A stretch of DNA of 64,000 nt from NCBI RefSeq assembly GCF_057098645.1, contig NZ_CM169472.1. One strand, written 5' to 3'. Shown piece by piece: positions 20,995 to 33,202 of this stretch; the stretch's first letter is position 1; the number at the start of each line of letters is the position of its first letter. Under the pieces are notes generated by a model. That model was not told the DNA's origin. It made no database searches and worked only from the letters and a program-made list of their open reading frames with translations. The position numbers and the translations under genes were made by a program.

Positions 20995-22689
20995 TTAATT
21001 ACCAGCGACTTGTTTTGGGTTAAGTTTGGTAATATGGCCACTTTCAGTTCCTGCTGCAGGGTCGATGACCACATTAATAATGGTCGGTTTGCGCGACTGA
21101 ATACCGGTGGTTAAAGCATGACGAAGTTCATCTGTCGTGGTGACGTTATAGCCAACACCACGAAACGCATCCATTAATTTGTCATACCTTGCATGGTGCA
21201 ACAGATCTGTTGGTGATGGTGCACCAGCGCCACTGAGATCAACACCGTCTCCTCTGTAGATGCCGCCATTATTAAAAATAACGATCGTCACCGGCAGGTT
21301 ATATCGACAAATCGTTTCAATTTCCATCCCACTGAAACCAAAAGCACTATCACCTTCAATGGCGACAACCGGAGAACCAGAGGTCACGCTAGCACCGATG
21401 GCATACCCCATACCGATGCCCATGACACCCCAGGTACCACAATCCAGACGACGACGTGGTTTATACATATCAATAATATTTCGTGCATTATCCAGGGTAT
21501 TTGCACCTTCATTAACTAAATAAATATCCTGGTTCTCACGCAATACATCGCGCACAGCACTTAATGCATTAAAGTAATTTAATGGTTGGGTATCTGTACT
21601 TAATTTTTCATGCATTTTTTGTGCATTTTGCTGCTTGTGAATATTTAAAATATCGCGCCATACCAGTGGAGTCGTAAATGTGTTTTGTTTCAGTTCTGCC
21701 AGCATACCTTGCATACTGGATGCAATATCGCCAACGACTGGCACAGCAATGGGGCGGTTGCTGTCAATTTCCTGCGGTTCAATATCCAGTTGAATAAACT
21801 GTGTATCTGCCGCCCATCCTTTTTTACCGTGTGCCAGTAACCAATTCAGTCGTGCACCAACAAGCATGACAACGTCAGCATTTGCCAGGGCAAACGAACG
21901 CGCAGCTGCCGCAGAAAGTGGATGCGTATCTTCGAGGATCCCTTTCGCCATAGACATTGGCAGGAATGGAATCTGGGCACTTTCAATAAATTCACGAAGC
22001 TGTTCGTCAGCTTGTGAATACGCCGCGCCTTTGCCAAGGATAATTAATGGCCGTTCAGCTTTTGCTAAAAGCGAAATTGCGCTAGTGACTGACTTCGGGC
22101 ATGGCAATAATGCTGGCGACGGATTTTCAACTTTTACAATCGTGGTTAACGCTTCGTCTTTTTCCATCGTCGCGGCCAGGACATTTGCTGGCAAATCAAG
22201 ATAAACTCCGCCAGGGCGACCCGATACTGAGACTCGGATAGCGCGTGCCAATGCAATGCCAAGATCCTGCGGCTGATTAACGCGAAATGCTGCTTTGGCA
22301 TACGGTTTTGCCGCATTCATTTGGTCCAGCTCTTCATAATCACCTTGCTGTAGGTCGACGATCGCGCGGTCGCTGGAGCCGCTAATCATGATCATCGGAA
22401 AACCATTTACCGTTGCGTTGGCCAATGCGGTCAAACCATTGAGGAATCCTGGCGCAGACACTGTCAGGCAGATCCCTGGTTTTTGGGTAAGAAAACCGCT
22501 TGCCGCAGCGGCATAGCCTGCCGACTGCTCATGACGAAAACCAATATAACGAATGCCTTCCGCCTGGGCATGGCGCGCCATATCCGTCACAGGAATACCT
22601 ACAACACCATAAATAGTGTCAATATTATTCTGTTTTAATGCTTCAACGATGATATGCATACCATCTGTCATTTGAAGTTGATCTGACAT
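20995..22689 (-). CDS. oxc: oxalyl-CoA decarboxylase (ThDP-dependent), 564 aa
   Basis: ThDP-binding motif GDSAFGFSGMEIETICRYNLPVTIVIFNNGG. Confidence 0.92.
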   Translation of the reverse strand: MSDQLQMTDGMHIIVEALKQNNIDTIYGVVGIPVTDMARHAQAEGIRYIGFRHEQSAGYAAAASGFLTQKPGICLTVSAPGFLNGLTALANATVNGFPMIMISGSSDRAIVDLQQGDYEELDQMNAAKPYAKAAFRVNQPQDLGIALARAIRVSVSGRPGGVYLDLPANVLAATMEKDEALTTIVKVENPSPALLPCPKSVTSAISLLAKAERPLIILGKGAAYSQADEQLREFIESAQIPFLPMSMAKGILEDTHPLSAAAARSFALANADVVMLVGARLNWLLAHGKKGWAADTQFIQLDIEPQEIDSNRPIAVPVVGDIASSMQGMLAELKQNTFTTPLVWRDILNIHKQQNAQKMHEKLSTDTQPLNYFNALSAVRDVLRENQDIYLVNEGANTLDNARNIIDMYKPRRRLDCGTWGVMGIGMGYAIGASVTSGSPVVAIEGDSAFGFSGMEIETICRYNLPVTIVIFNNGGIYRGDGVDLSGAGAPSPTDLLHHARYDKLMDAFRGVGYNVTTTDELRHALTTGIQSRKPTIINVVIDPAAGTESGHITKLNPKQVAGN

Positions 22690-22742
22690 GATTAATAACC
22701 TCGAAATTTTTATAAATTGGGAGCCAGAAGCCCCCGTTAATA

Positions 22743-23993
22743 TCAGATGGCGTGGTTTTGCTCCATTGCAGCAATTTCATCGTCGCTATAACCCAGCTCC
22801 TGCAATACAGCAGCGGTATGTTCACCTAATAGCGGCGCAGCTTTAATATCTGGCGTAAAGGCAGAGAATTTCATTGGACAACCAACTGTCAGATATTTTC
22901 CACGCAACGGTTGTTCCACTTCGACAACACTGCCACTTTGGCGTAAAGAGGGATCAAGTGAAATTTCTTTCATACTTAAAACCGGTGCACAAGGAATATC
23001 AAACTGAGTCAAATAGGCCACCGCTTCATGTTTATCAATAGTGACAGTGTATTTTTCGATTTCAGCAAAAATATCGAAAATATGTGGCTGTCGGGCATGG
23101 GCTGTACTGTATGCCGGATCGGTAATCCAATCTGGTTTGCCGATGGCTTTACAGGTGTTTTCCCAGTTTTGCTCCTGAATAGTGAAATAAATATAGGCGT
23201 TAGGATCTGTTTCCCAGCCTTTACATTTCAGGATCCATCCAGGTTGACCGCCACCACCCGCATTACCACCACGGGGAACTGCATCACCAAATGTACCATT
23301 CGGATACTGCGGGTATTCTTCCAGATAACCCAATTTATCGAGACGCTGCTGGTCGCGTAATTTCACGCGGCAAAGGTTCAATACGGCATCCTGCATTGAC
23401 ATGGTGACTCGTTGCCCACGCCCCGTTTTTTCGCGATGCAGCAAAGCAGCAAGTAAACCGATCAGCAAATGCATTCCGGTGTTGCTGTCTCCTAACGCTG
23501 CAGCGCTTACCAGCGGCGGACCGTCCCAAAAACCCGTAGTGGATGCCGCGCCACCCGCTGCCTGAGCAACGTTTTCATAGGCTTTTACATTCACATAAGG
23601 CGAACACTCATCAAACCCTTTGATCGAACCAAAAATCAGACGTGGATTGATTTCTTGAATATGCTCCCAGGTGAAACCCATGTGATCAATGGCCCCTGGA
23701 TGAAAGTTCTCGACTAAGATATCAGCTTCGCGGATCAGCTTTTCCATTACCTCTTTGCCTTCCGCTGTTTTGGTATTTAACTCAATAGAACGTTTGTTAC
23801 TGTTAAGCATGGTGAAGTAAAGCGCATCGATATCAGGAATATCTCGCAGCTGGTGACGCGTTACGTCACCAACGCCGGGACGTTCAATTTTAATAACGTC
23901 AGCGCCAAACCAGGCCAGCATTTGAGTACAAGATGGGCCAGATTGCACACCGGTGAAATCGAGAACTTTAATTCCTTGAAGTGGAGTTGACAT
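22743..23993 (-). CDS. frc: formyl-CoA:oxalate CoA-transferase, 416 aa
   Basis: Family III CoA-transferase ORF upstream of oxc. Confidence 0.92.
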   Translation of the reverse strand: MSTPLQGIKVLDFTGVQSGPSCTQMLAWFGADVIKIERPGVGDVTRHQLRDIPDIDALYFTMLNSNKRSIELNTKTAEGKEVMEKLIREADILVENFHPGAIDHMGFTWEHIQEINPRLIFGSIKGFDECSPYVNVKAYENVAQAAGGAASTTGFWDGPPLVSAAALGDSNTGMHLLIGLLAALLHREKTGRGQRVTMSMQDAVLNLCRVKLRDQQRLDKLGYLEEYPQYPNGTFGDAVPRGGNAGGGGQPGWILKCKGWETDPNAYIYFTIQEQNWENTCKAIGKPDWITDPAYSTAHARQPHIFDIFAEIEKYTVTIDKHEAVAYLTQFDIPCAPVLSMKEISLDPSLRQSGSVVEVEQPLRGKYLTVGCPMKFSAFTPDIKAAPLLGEHTAAVLQELGYSDDEIAAMEQNHAI

Positions 23994-24505
23994 AGCAATA
24001 CCTATTAGTTAATTAAATATGTGTTAATTTAGCGTTTATTTAAGGCATAACGCCCTCTATAAATAATCCGCAAAATATCTTCGTAGCGGCACTCGATATT
24101 TTCACATTCCTGTATCAAGTGCTGAAAATCATTTCATCGCTACTTCCAATTCCTTTCTGCATGGTAAGTAGTGAGGACGAAAAGAAGAATATGATAAATA
24201 TTGGTTCGTGGTAATCAGAGAGAGTCGCGACATTTGTGATGTTATTCTTACAACTGTAAGAAGCGCCGGTGATTTACAAGTAAGGGTATGATTACGCTTT
24301 TTAAAGCGTACCATAAAATATAACATATTAAATGATTTGTGATGACACGGGATTATTGCGGTTTACTTTGAGGAATATAAAATGCGAGTTTATAGAACCG
24401 CGAGCGCCAAATAATTTTATGACCACAACCTGTCGTATTGTGGTCATAAAAAATTGTCGGCTGGAGGGAGTTAAATCCTTTACCTCAATATACTGCCTGT
24501 CAGCA

Positions 24506-25138
24506 TTAGTTCACAAACAGTGCTTCGCTATCGACGATGATTCCATCTTCCGCACCTTTAAGCGCCAGGTTTGCCTCGTAGTATTGCTTTTTATCAAGCA
24601 GTTTCTGCGTATCAGCAAGTGCATTACGAGTCTGTTTAAGCGGCATCAGATATTGGTTTTCCATTACACCAACACCGGCCAGGCGAAGCTCTTCCATTGC
24701 GCCCTTTTTATCCCCTTTCGCCATTTTTTCATTGGCAATTTTTATCGCGGCTTCTTTTTCTGGTGTCGCTACATAACTCTCAGAAATTCCGACAGATGCA
24801 TTAATGACAATATATTGGTCATCATTGAGATTGGTCTTTTTACCTGGCTTAGCGAACTTTGCCCATTCGGTACTGTCATCTGACAACAAAGCGGAAGCTT
24901 CATTGGTCAGTTCTTTTGCCTTTTCCGGATCGCCATGAAACAGAGCCAGGCGCGCTACCTGCACGTCACGCATCGCATATAAACCTTGTTCAGAGATACG
25001 CTCTGCTGCTGCCGTTTTCTGGGTTTGCTGAACTTGCTGAGTTTGCTGTTGTGCCGCTACCGGTGCATTATCAGCAGCCCATACAGTTGAAGATGCCAGA
25101 ATTGCTGTGACCATCGTAGCCATAATTAAACGTTTCAT
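24506..25138 (-). CDS. yfdX: YfdX periplasmic protein (EvgA-regulated), 210 aa
   Basis: Signal peptide [21 protein letters not shown]; synteny. Confidence 0.88.
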   Translation of the reverse strand: MKRLIMATMVTAILASSTVWAADNAPVAAQQQTQQVQQTQKTAAAERISEQGLYAMRDVQVARLALFHGDPEKAKELTNEASALLSDDSTEWAKFAKPGKKTNLNDDQYIVINASVGISESYVATPEKEAAIKIANEKMAKGDKKGAMEELRLAGVGVMENQYLMPLKQTRNALADTQKLLDKKQYYEANLALKGAEDGIIVDSEALFVN

Positions 25139-25273
25139 ACTTACCTCATTCTTTAACAGTTTTAGAAAACGCCGCCATCATATTGGGTGAGCATGAAATG
25201 AGAAATCAGAGAGCAACGGTCATTTTGAAAGGGTTATCTTACAGTTGTAGTTATTATCGCAAGAAGTATTTTA

Positions 25274-25291
25274 GTCTTACAATCGTAGGAA
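25274..25291. promoter_or_regulatory. putative EvgA box (GTCTTACAATCGTAGGAA) upstream of yfdX
   Basis: Inverted repeat similar to the emrK site about 140 bp upstream of yfdX start. Confidence 0.4.
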
Positions 25292-25433
25292 TATGCTTCC
25301 TGTCACAGAGAACTATTCTTATATACCACAAAGAGATGTCATTTATTATATCGATGTAAATACTGATTAATTAAATGTAAATACAGCTATAACATCGTAT
25401 GTTCTCAGTGAACCATTTTCAGGATAACTTTCT

Positions 25434-25709
25434 ATGAAAGTAAACTTAATAGTTTTTAGCTTATTTTTATTGGTCTCTATTATGGCATGCAATGTTTTTG
25501 CATTTTCCATTTCTGGTGGTGGAAGTGAGAGGAGCTATAAAGAGACGGAAAAAACATCAGCGATGACGACAACTCACTCTACAAAACTTCAGCCATCACA
25601 GGCAATTTTGTTTAAGATGAGAGAAGATGCGCCACCATTAAACCTCACAGAAGAAACCACGCCCCCTTTTCCGACAAAGGCGAGTTATCTTATTCATCCT
25701 GTGCGATAG
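25434..25709 (+). CDS. ypdI: YpdI small lipoprotein-like protein, 91 aa
   Basis: Signal peptide with lipobox-like MAC; synteny. Confidence 0.8.
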   Translation: MKVNLIVFSLFLLVSIMACNVFAFSISGGGSERSYKETEKTSAMTTTHSTKLQPSQAILFKMREDAPPLNLTEETTPPFPTKASYLIHPVR

Positions 25710-25814
25710 CGTCTGTCACATGGTAGACTGGCCCCCTGAATCTCCAGACAACCAGTATCACTTAAATAAGTGATAGTCTTAATACTAGTTTTTAGACTAG
25801 TCATTGGAGAACAG

Positions 25815-26180
25815 ATGATTGATGTCTTAGGGCCGGAGAAACGCAGACGGCGTACCACACAGGAAAAGATCGCAATTGTTCAGCAGAGCTTTGAACCGGG
25901 GATGACGGTCTCCCTCGTTGCCCGGCAACATGGTGTAGCAGCCAGCCAGTTATTTCTCTGGCGTAAGCAATACCAGGAAGGAAGTCTTACTGCTGTGGCC
26001 GCCGGAGAACAGGTTGTTCCTGCCTCTGAACTTGCTGCCGCCATGAAGCAGATTAAAGAACTCCAGCGCCTGCTCGGCAAGAAAACGATGGAAAATGAAC
26101 TCCTCAAAGAAGCCGTTGAATATGGACGGGCAAAAAAGTGGATAGCGCACGCGCCCTTATTGCCCGGGGATGGGGAGTAA
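25815..26180 (+). CDS. insC: IS2 InsC (OrfA) transposase component, 121 aa
   Basis: [52 protein letters not shown]... Confidence 0.92.
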
Positions 26181-27043
26181 GCTTAGTCAGCCGTTGTCTC
26201 CGGGTGTCGCGTGCGCAGTTGCACGTCATTCTCAGACGAACCGATGACTGGATGGATGGCCGCCGCAGTCGTCACACTGATGATACGGATGTGCTTCTCC
26301 GTATACACCATGTTATCGGAGAGCTGCCCACGTATGGTTATCGTCGGGTATGGGCGCTGCTTCGCAGACAGGCAGAACTTGATGGTATGCCTGCGATCAA
26401 TGCCAAACGTGTTTACCGGATCATGCGCCAGAATGCGCTGTTGCTTGAGCGAAAACCTGCTGTACCGCCATCGAAACGGGCACATACAGGCAGAGTGGCC
26501 GTGAAAGAAAGCAATCAGCGATGGTGCTCTGACGGGTTCGAGTTCTGCTGTGATAACGGAGAGAGACTGCGTGTCACGTTCGCGCTGGACTGCTGTGATC
26601 GTGAGGCACTGCACTGGGCGGTGACTACCGGCGGCTTCAACAGTGAAACAGTACAGGACGTCATGCTGGGAGCGGTGGAACGCCGCTTCGGCAACGATCT
26701 TCCGTCGTCTCCAGTGGAGTGGCTGACGGATAATGGTTCATGCTACCGGGCTAATGAAACACGCCAGTTCGCCCGGATGTTGGGACTTGAACCGAAGAAC
26801 ACGGCGGTGCGGAGTCCGGAGAGTAACGGAATAGCAGAGAGCTTCGTGAAAACGATAAAGCGTGACTACATCAGTATCATGCCCAAACCAGACGGGTTAA
26901 CGGCAGCAAAGAACCTTGCAGAGGCGTTCGAGCATTATAACGAATGGCATCCGCATAGTGCGCTGGGTTATCGCTCGCCACGGGAATATCTGCGGCAGCG
27001 GGCTTGTAATGGGTTAAGTGATAACAGATGTCTGGAAATATAG
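26138..27043 (+). CDS. insD: IS2 InsD (OrfB) transposase catalytic component, 301 aa
   Basis: DDE integrase-core ORF overlapping insC in the -1 frame. Confidence 0.92.
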
Positions 27044-27121
27044 GGGCAAATCCACATGGCAGGTGAGCAATCATGTCTGATGCTGATGTGAACACCTGCC
27101 CAAATGAGCCATCCTGACCCA

Positions 27122-27364
27122 CTACCGCCTGCCATACCCCACCATAAAGCGAATCATCAAGCCACAAGCCGGGGCAAGAAACATAAATATCCCCGTCACC
27201 AGTTCATTACCGCCTGTTAACCACATGGTGAAGTAATAAATGAGTGCAGCGAGGATCACCATGCCGAAGAAAGAAGAGACCGCCGATACCACGTTCAGTA
27301 CCTGACCGATGTAGCCGCTTACGCAGACAATACACAGGGCGAGAAACATCCATAAATAAATCAT
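27122..27364 (-). CDS. yfdY: YfdY small membrane protein, 80 aa
   Basis: Two-TMS ORF between IS2 and lpxP; synteny. Confidence 0.8.
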   Translation of the reverse strand: MIYLWMFLALCIVCVSGYIGQVLNVVSAVSSFFGMVILAALIYYFTMWLTGGNELVTGIFMFLAPACGLMIRFMVGYGRR

Positions 27365-27716
27365 AGCTCAACCTCCTGCCGCGCTAAAAAACCTGTAACT
27401 TCAGTCACTTTAATAGTAAGACAATCCTTAACCTCTGGCAATTTTTGCTAAGCATCAATGAAAACAGCATGTTAAATGCAAGACTGTTGTGTACGGAAAA
27501 ATATTTACTTTGCACGATTAATAATCAGTAGCTGAAAGCAGTCAGCGAGTGATAAAGTACAGATACCGCATTCATGCTCCTCGTGGTTATGTCCTGACTA
27601 GTCTTTACACTCTTTACAGGAACCATTGTCGTACATGATGGCCTAATCAATTGAGTGTACCGCTGTCGACATGGAATCTTCTGCGATACAACAATTCGTA
27701 TCTACAGAAGGTAACT

Positions 27717-28637
27717 ATGTTTCCACAATGCAAATTTTCCCGCGAGTTTCTGCATCCTCGCTACTGGCTCACATGGTTTGGGCTTGGTGTACTCTGGCTT
27801 TGGGTACAGCTTCCTTATCCTGTTCTCTGCTTTCTCGGCACGCGTATCGGCGCAATGGCGCGACCATTCCTGAAACGGCGTGAATCTATCGCCCGTAAAA
27901 ATCTGGAACTTTGCTTCCCGCAGCATTCTGCGGAAGAACGCGAGAAGATGATTGCCGAAAACTTTTGTTCACTCGGCATGGCGCTGGTAGAAACCGGCAT
28001 GGCGTGGTTCTGGCCCGACAGTCGCGTACGTAAATGGTTTGATGTTGAAGGGCTGGATAACCTTAAACGCGCACAAATGCAAAATCGCGGCGTAATGGTT
28101 GTCGGCGTCCATTTTATGTCGCTGGAACTGGGCGGCCGCGTGATGGGACTTTGTCAGCCAATGATGGCTACCTATCGTCCACATAATAATCAGCTGATGG
28201 AATGGGTGCAGACCCGTGGTCGCATGCGCTCTAACAAAGCGATGATCGGCAGAAATAATCTGCGCGGCATTGTCAGTGCACTGAAGAAAGGTGAAGCGGT
28301 ATGGTTTGCTCCCGATCAGGATTATGGTCGTAAAGGCAGCTCCTTCGCGCCGTTCTTTGCGGTAGAAAATGTCGCCACAACCAATGGCACCTATGTTCTC
28401 TCCCGTCTCTCTGGCGCAGCCATGTTGACCGTAACGATGGTAAGAAAAGCGGATTACAGCGGATATCGTTTGTTCATCACCCCAGAGATGGAAGGCTACC
28501 CGACAGATGAAAATCAAGCCGCTGCCTATATGAACAAGATTATCGAGAAAGAGATCATGCGCGCACCGGAGCAGTACCTCTGGATCCACCGTCGCTTTAA
28601 AACGCGCCCGGTGGGAGAATCGTCGTTATACATTTAA
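27717..28637 (+). CDS. lpxP: LpxP lipid A palmitoleoyltransferase (cold-induced), 306 aa
   Basis: LpxL/LpxM-family ORF, start taken at MFPQCKFSREFLHPRYWLTW. Confidence 0.9.
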   Translation: MFPQCKFSREFLHPRYWLTWFGLGVLWLWVQLPYPVLCFLGTRIGAMARPFLKRRESIARKNLELCFPQHSAEEREKMIAENFCSLGMALVETGMAWFWPDSRVRKWFDVEGLDNLKRAQMQNRGVMVVGVHFMSLELGGRVMGLCQPMMATYRPHNNQLMEWVQTRGRMRSNKAMIGRNNLRGIVSALKKGEAVWFAPDQDYGRKGSSFAPFFAVENVATTNGTYVLSRLSGAAMLTVTMVRKADYSGYRLFITPEMEGYPTDENQAAAYMNKIIEKEIMRAPEQYLWIHRRFKTRPVGESSLYI

Positions 28638-28668
28638 CAAACTGCTCTGACTCTTTACCTCCTCACAT

Positions 28669-28706
28669 AAGCCATAATAACCTCATGGTTTTTATGGCTT
28701 TTTTCT
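28669..28706 (+). terminator. rho-independent terminator downstream of lpxP
   Basis: AAGCCATAATAACC / GGTTTTTATGGCTT hairpin followed by TTTT. Confidence 0.55.
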
Positions 28707-28992
28707 TAAGGTTTTTTCCTTCGCTGAACATCTAATTATTACCGTCAGAAATTAAACTGTCGCCGATATGAGACACCTGTAAGTTACTAAAAGTAAATAA
28801 GAAAATGCCTCTTGTCTCGTTTCAGTTTTAGGCGTACATTAGCGCCGTCTCGAGCAGTTTAGCTCAGAATTCTGGGGTGATGCCCACGGTAAAATACAGG
28901 ACTTTTAAGGTCGTTTTGCCCGGTGTCAACTCACTGTATCAGGTGTAATGAAGTCATTCAGGCGTAACAGCAATTACGCGGAGAGATGTAAA

Positions 28993-29064
28993 GTGAAATA
29001 TTTCTTTATGGGCATTTCTTTTATGGTCATCGTTTGGGCCGGTACTTTTGCCCTGATGATCTAA
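28993..29064 (+). CDS. ypdK: YpdK small membrane protein (23 aa, GTG start)
   Basis: VKYFFMGISFMVIVWAGTFALMI read directly; matches known K-12 small protein. Confidence 0.7.
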   Translation: MKYFFMGISFMVIVWAGTFALMI

Positions 29065-29081
29065 AAGCAAACTGTGCAATG

Positions 29082-29109
29082 AAAAACAGGAGCCATCAGG
29101 CTCCTGTTT
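29082..29109. terminator. bidirectional terminator hairpin between ypdK and alaC
   Basis: CAGGAGCC-atca-GGCTCCTG flanked by A-run and T-run. Confidence 0.6.
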
Positions 29110-29128
29110 GCATTTCTGAGGTCGGTGT

Positions 29129-30367
29129 TTATTCCGCGTTTTCGTGAATGTGTTTGCTGCTGGCGGGTAGTAAACCGTCGGCACGGAACATCGCTTTAAT
29201 CCCACGAATCGCCTGACGAATACGGTCGCGGTTTTCAATCAGTGCAAAGCGCACATGCGTATCACCATAGTCGCCAAAGCCAATCCCCGGAGAGACACAG
29301 ACCTTCGCTTCGTTAAGCAATTTCTTGGCAAATTCCAGCGAGCCCATGGCAGCATACGGTTCCGGTATTTTCGCCCAGACATACATCGAAGCCTTCGGCA
29401 TTTCGACCATCCAGCCCGCTTCATGCAGCCCTTTAACCAATACATCACGGCGGCGTTTGTACTGTTCGGCAATGTCGCGCACACACTGTTGATCGCCCTC
29501 GAGTGCCGCAATCGCCGCCACCTGCAACGGCGTAAAGGTGCCGTAATCGTGATAGCTTTTAATACGTGCCAGGGCGCTGACCAGCGTTTTGTTGCCAACC
29601 ATAAAGCCGATACGCCAGCCCGCCATGTTGTAGCTTTTCGACAGCGTAAAGAACTCGACCGCCACATCGCGTGCACCTGGCACCTGCATGATTGACGGCG
29701 CTTTCCAACCATCGTAGACGATGTCCGCATAGGCCAGGTCGTGGACCACCAGCACATCGTAGCGTTTCGCCAGCGCCACAACCTTTTCGAAGAACTCCAG
29801 TTCCACGCATTGCGCGGTTGGGTTCGACGGGAAGCCGAGGATCATCATCTTCGGTTTCGGATAACTTTCACGAATGGCGCGCTCCAGTTCGTTGAAGAAA
29901 TCGACACCTTCCACCAGCGGCACTGAGCGTACCTGCGCCCCGGCAATCACCGCGCCATAAATATGAATGGGGTAGCTTGGATTCGGCACCAGCACCGTGT
30001 CACCATGATCCAGCGTCGCCAACATCAGGTGTGCCAGCCCCTCTTTCGAACCAATGGTGACGATGGCTTCTGATTCCGGGTCGATTTCAACGTCGTAGCG
30101 ATCCTGATACCAGCGGGAAATGGCGCGACGTAACCGCGGAATGCCGCGTGAAGTGGAGTAACCATGCGTGTCCGGGCGCTGGGCCACAGTACATAATTTT
30201 TCGACGATATGCGGCGGAGTCGCACCGTCCGGGTTACCCATACTGAAATCGATAATATCTTCGCCGCGCCGACGCGCAGCCATTTTCAGTTCAGCGGTAA
30301 TGTTAAAAACATAGGGCGGGAGACGATCAATGCGCGTAAAGCGACGTTCAGGGCGAGTGTCAGCCAT
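29129..30367 (-). CDS. alaC: AlaC glutamate-pyruvate aminotransferase, 412 aa
   Basis: Class I aminotransferase ORF with PLP-lysine region [12 protein letters not shown]. Confidence 0.92.
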   Translation of the reverse strand: MADTRPERRFTRIDRLPPYVFNITAELKMAARRRGEDIIDFSMGNPDGATPPHIVEKLCTVAQRPDTHGYSTSRGIPRLRRAISRWYQDRYDVEIDPESEAIVTIGSKEGLAHLMLATLDHGDTVLVPNPSYPIHIYGAVIAGAQVRSVPLVEGVDFFNELERAIRESYPKPKMMILGFPSNPTAQCVELEFFEKVVALAKRYDVLVVHDLAYADIVYDGWKAPSIMQVPGARDVAVEFFTLSKSYNMAGWRIGFMVGNKTLVSALARIKSYHDYGTFTPLQVAAIAALEGDQQCVRDIAEQYKRRRDVLVKGLHEAGWMVEMPKASMYVWAKIPEPYAAMGSLEFAKKLLNEAKVCVSPGIGFGDYGDTHVRFALIENRDRIRQAIRGIKAMFRADGLLPASSKHIHENAE

Positions 30368-30743
30368 AATTTCCTCAGATTAACGTTAGCGCCCGGACCG
30401 TCCGAGCGACGCTGCCACGATGGTGGCTGTTTTGAAAATAGCCTGATTAATTTCTGTCTGTCCAGCGTTTTAGAACATTTTTATTAATGACGTTAAATGA
30501 GGAACTCTGCTTTAAAAACAGGAAATTTATCTGCGCTAACAAGAAAGTTACCACTCATTTTATTAACATAATAATTTCAATAAATTTACTAACCAGAAGT
30601 GCATTATCAAGAGATGCATTGCTAATACACCATTTATCTATCAATCCCCTTTTAAAATTGTGGTTTTTCCTCAAAAACGGCCTGCTGGTCATCAGCCTTC
30701 AGGTTACCTATCATAGAGGTTTAATCCTTATTCAGAGTCACCC

Positions 30744-32441
30744 GTGCACGAAATATTCAACATGCTGCTGGCGGTCTTCGATCGGGCAGCGTTAATGCTT
30801 ATCTGCCTGTTCTTTCTCATCCGTATCCGCCTGTTTCGCGAACTGTTGCACAAGTCGGCACACTCACCGAAAGAGTTGCTCGCCGTTACCGCCATTTTCT
30901 CGCTGTTCGCCCTGTTCAGCACCTGGTCCGGCGTTCCCGTAGAAGGCTCGCTGGTGAACGTACGTATTATCGCGGTGATGTCAGGCGGGATTCTGTTTGG
31001 CCCGTGGGTGGGCATCATTACCGGCGTGATTGCGGGTATTCATCGTTATTTAATTGATATCGGCGGCGTGACGGCGATCCCCTGCTTTATCACCAGCATT
31101 CTGGCGGGTTGTATATCGGGCTGGATCAACCTGAAAATCCCCAAAGCACAGCGCTGGCGCGTCGGTATTCTCGGCGGCATGTTGTGTGAAACGTTGACCA
31201 TGATTCTGGTGATTGTCTGGGCACCAACTACCGCGTTGGGGATCGATATCGTCTCTAAAATCGGGATTCCAATGATCCTCGGCAGCGTCTGTATCGGCTT
31301 TATTGTGCTTCTGGTGCAAAGCGTTGAGGGCGAAAAAGAGGCCAGCGCCGCGCGGCAGGCCAAGTTGGCGCTGGATATCGCCAACAAAACGCTACCTCTG
31401 TTTCGCCATGTCAATAGCGAGTCATTACGCAAGGTCTGCGAAATTATCCGCGATGACATTCACGCCGATGCGGTGGCAATTACCAATACCGATCATGTGC
31501 TGGCCTATGTTGGCGTGGGTGAACATAACTATCAGAATGGCGATGACTTCATTAGCCCGACTACCCGTCAGGCGATGAATTACGGAAAAATCATCATTAA
31601 AAACAATGATGAAGCCCACCGCACACCAGAGATTCATTCCATGCTGGTGATCCCATTGTGGGAGAAAGGCGTTGTGACCGGAACGCTGAAAATTTACTAC
31701 TGCCACGCGCATCAGATAACCTCGTCATTACAGGAAATGGCGGTTGGTCTGTCGCAAATCATCTCCACGCAACTGGAGGTTTCACGCGCCGAGCAGCTAC
31801 GTGAAATGGCAAATAAGGCAGAGCTTCGCGCCCTGCAAAGCAAAATTAATCCCCATTTCCTGTTTAACGCTTTGAACGCTATTTCATCGTCAATCCGTCT
31901 GAATCCGGATACCGCTCGCCAGCTGATCTTTAATCTGTCGCGTTATCTGCGCTATAACATTGAATTAAAAGACGATGAGCAAATCGATATCAAAAAAGAG
32001 CTGTATCAAATTAAAGACTATATTGCCATTGAGCAGGCCCGCTTTGGCGACAAGCTGACGGTTATCTATGATATTGATGAAGAGGTGAATTGCTGCATTC
32101 CCAGCCTGCTGATCCAGCCGTTGGTGGAGAATGCCATTGTCCACGGTATCCAGCCTTGCAAAGGTAAAGGCGTTGTCACCATCAGCGTTGCAGAGTGCGG
32201 CAATCGGGTACGCATTGCGGTGCGGGATACCGGGCACGGCATCGATCCAAAGGTGATTGAGCGGGTCGAAGCGAATGAAATGCCGGGCAATAAAATTGGC
32301 CTGCTGAATGTCCATCATCGCGTGAAGTTATTGTATGGCGAGGGGCTGCATATCCGCCGCCTGGAACCAGGAACGGAAATTGCGTTTTACATTCCTAACC
32401 AACGCACCCCAGTCGCCTCACAGGCTACGTTATTGCTTTGA
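30744..32441 (+). CDS. ypdA: YpdA (PyrS) LytS-family sensor histidine kinase, 565 aa
   Basis: 5TM Lyt domain, GAF-like region, His kinase with [10 protein letters not shown] motif. Confidence 0.92.
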
Positions 32442-32455
32442 GCCGGAGTGATATT

Positions 32456-33190
32456 GTGAAAGTCATCATTGTTGAAGACGAATTCCTGGCACAACAGGAA
32501 CTGAGCTGGCTAATTAAAGAGCACAGCCAGATGGAGATTGTCGGCACCTTTGACGACGGTCTGGACGTGTTGAAGTTTTTGCAGCATAACCGCGTCGACG
32601 CCATTTTTCTGGATATCAATATTCCGTCGCTGGATGGTGTGTTGCTGGCGCAAAACATCAGCCAGTTCGCCCATAAACCGTTTATTGTGTTCATCACCGC
32701 GTGGAAAGAACATGCGGTAGAAGCGTTTGAACTTGAGGCGTTTGACTACATTCTCAAACCGTATCAGGAGTCACGCATTACCGGGATGCTGCAAAAACTG
32801 GAAACGGCCTGGCAGCAACAGCAGACCAGCAGTACGCCTGCCGCGACGGTAACGCGTGAGAATGACACCATTAATCTGGTGAAAGATGAGCGAATAATCG
32901 TCACCCCCATTAACGATATCTATTACGCCGAAGCGCACGAGAAAATGACCTTTGTTTATACGCGGCGTGAATCCTACGTAATGCCGATGAACATTACCGA
33001 ATTTTGCAGCAAACTGCCGCCGTCGCATTTTTTCCGCTGCCATCGCTCATTTTGTGTCAATCTGAACAAAATCCGCGAGATCGAACCGTGGTTTAATAAC
33101 ACCTACATTCTGCGACTGAAAGATCTGGATTTTGAAGTGCCGGTCAGCCGCAGCAAAGTTAAAGAATTCCGCCAGTTAATGCATCTTTAA
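32456..33190 (+). CDS. ypdB: YpdB (PyrR) LytTR-family response regulator, 244 aa
   Basis: Receiver plus LytTR domain; GTG start VKVIIVEDEF. Confidence 0.9.
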   Translation: MKVIIVEDEFLAQQELSWLIKEHSQMEIVGTFDDGLDVLKFLQHNRVDAIFLDINIPSLDGVLLAQNISQFAHKPFIVFITAWKEHAVEAFELEAFDYILKPYQESRITGMLQKLETAWQQQQTSSTPAATVTRENDTINLVKDERIIVTPINDIYYAEAHEKMTFVYTRRESYVMPMNITEFCSKLPPSHFFRCHRSFCVNLNKIREIEPWFNNTYILRLKDLDFEVPVSRSKVKEFRQLMHL

Positions 33191-33202
33191 TCGGGAACTT
33201 TC

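Larger units (their letters stand above)
25725..27054 (+). mobile_element. IS2 insertion sequence (about 1.33 kb) with 5-bp target site duplication CATGG (25720-25724 and 27055-27059)
   Basis: Left end TAGACTGGCCCCCTGAATCTCC and right end ...TAGGGGCAAATCCA; insC and insD inside; flanking CATGG direct repeat. Confidence 0.9.

Noticed and set aside
24440-24470. Palindrome ATGACCACAA...TTGTGGTCAT between frc and yfdX, considered as a terminator
   Set aside because: Not followed by a U-run on either strand, so not a convincing intrinsic terminator; possibly a protein-binding site, not annotated
24332-24883. 183-aa plus-strand ORF
   Set aside because: Mostly antisense to yfdX and runs into the frc-yfdX intergenic region; no supporting signals
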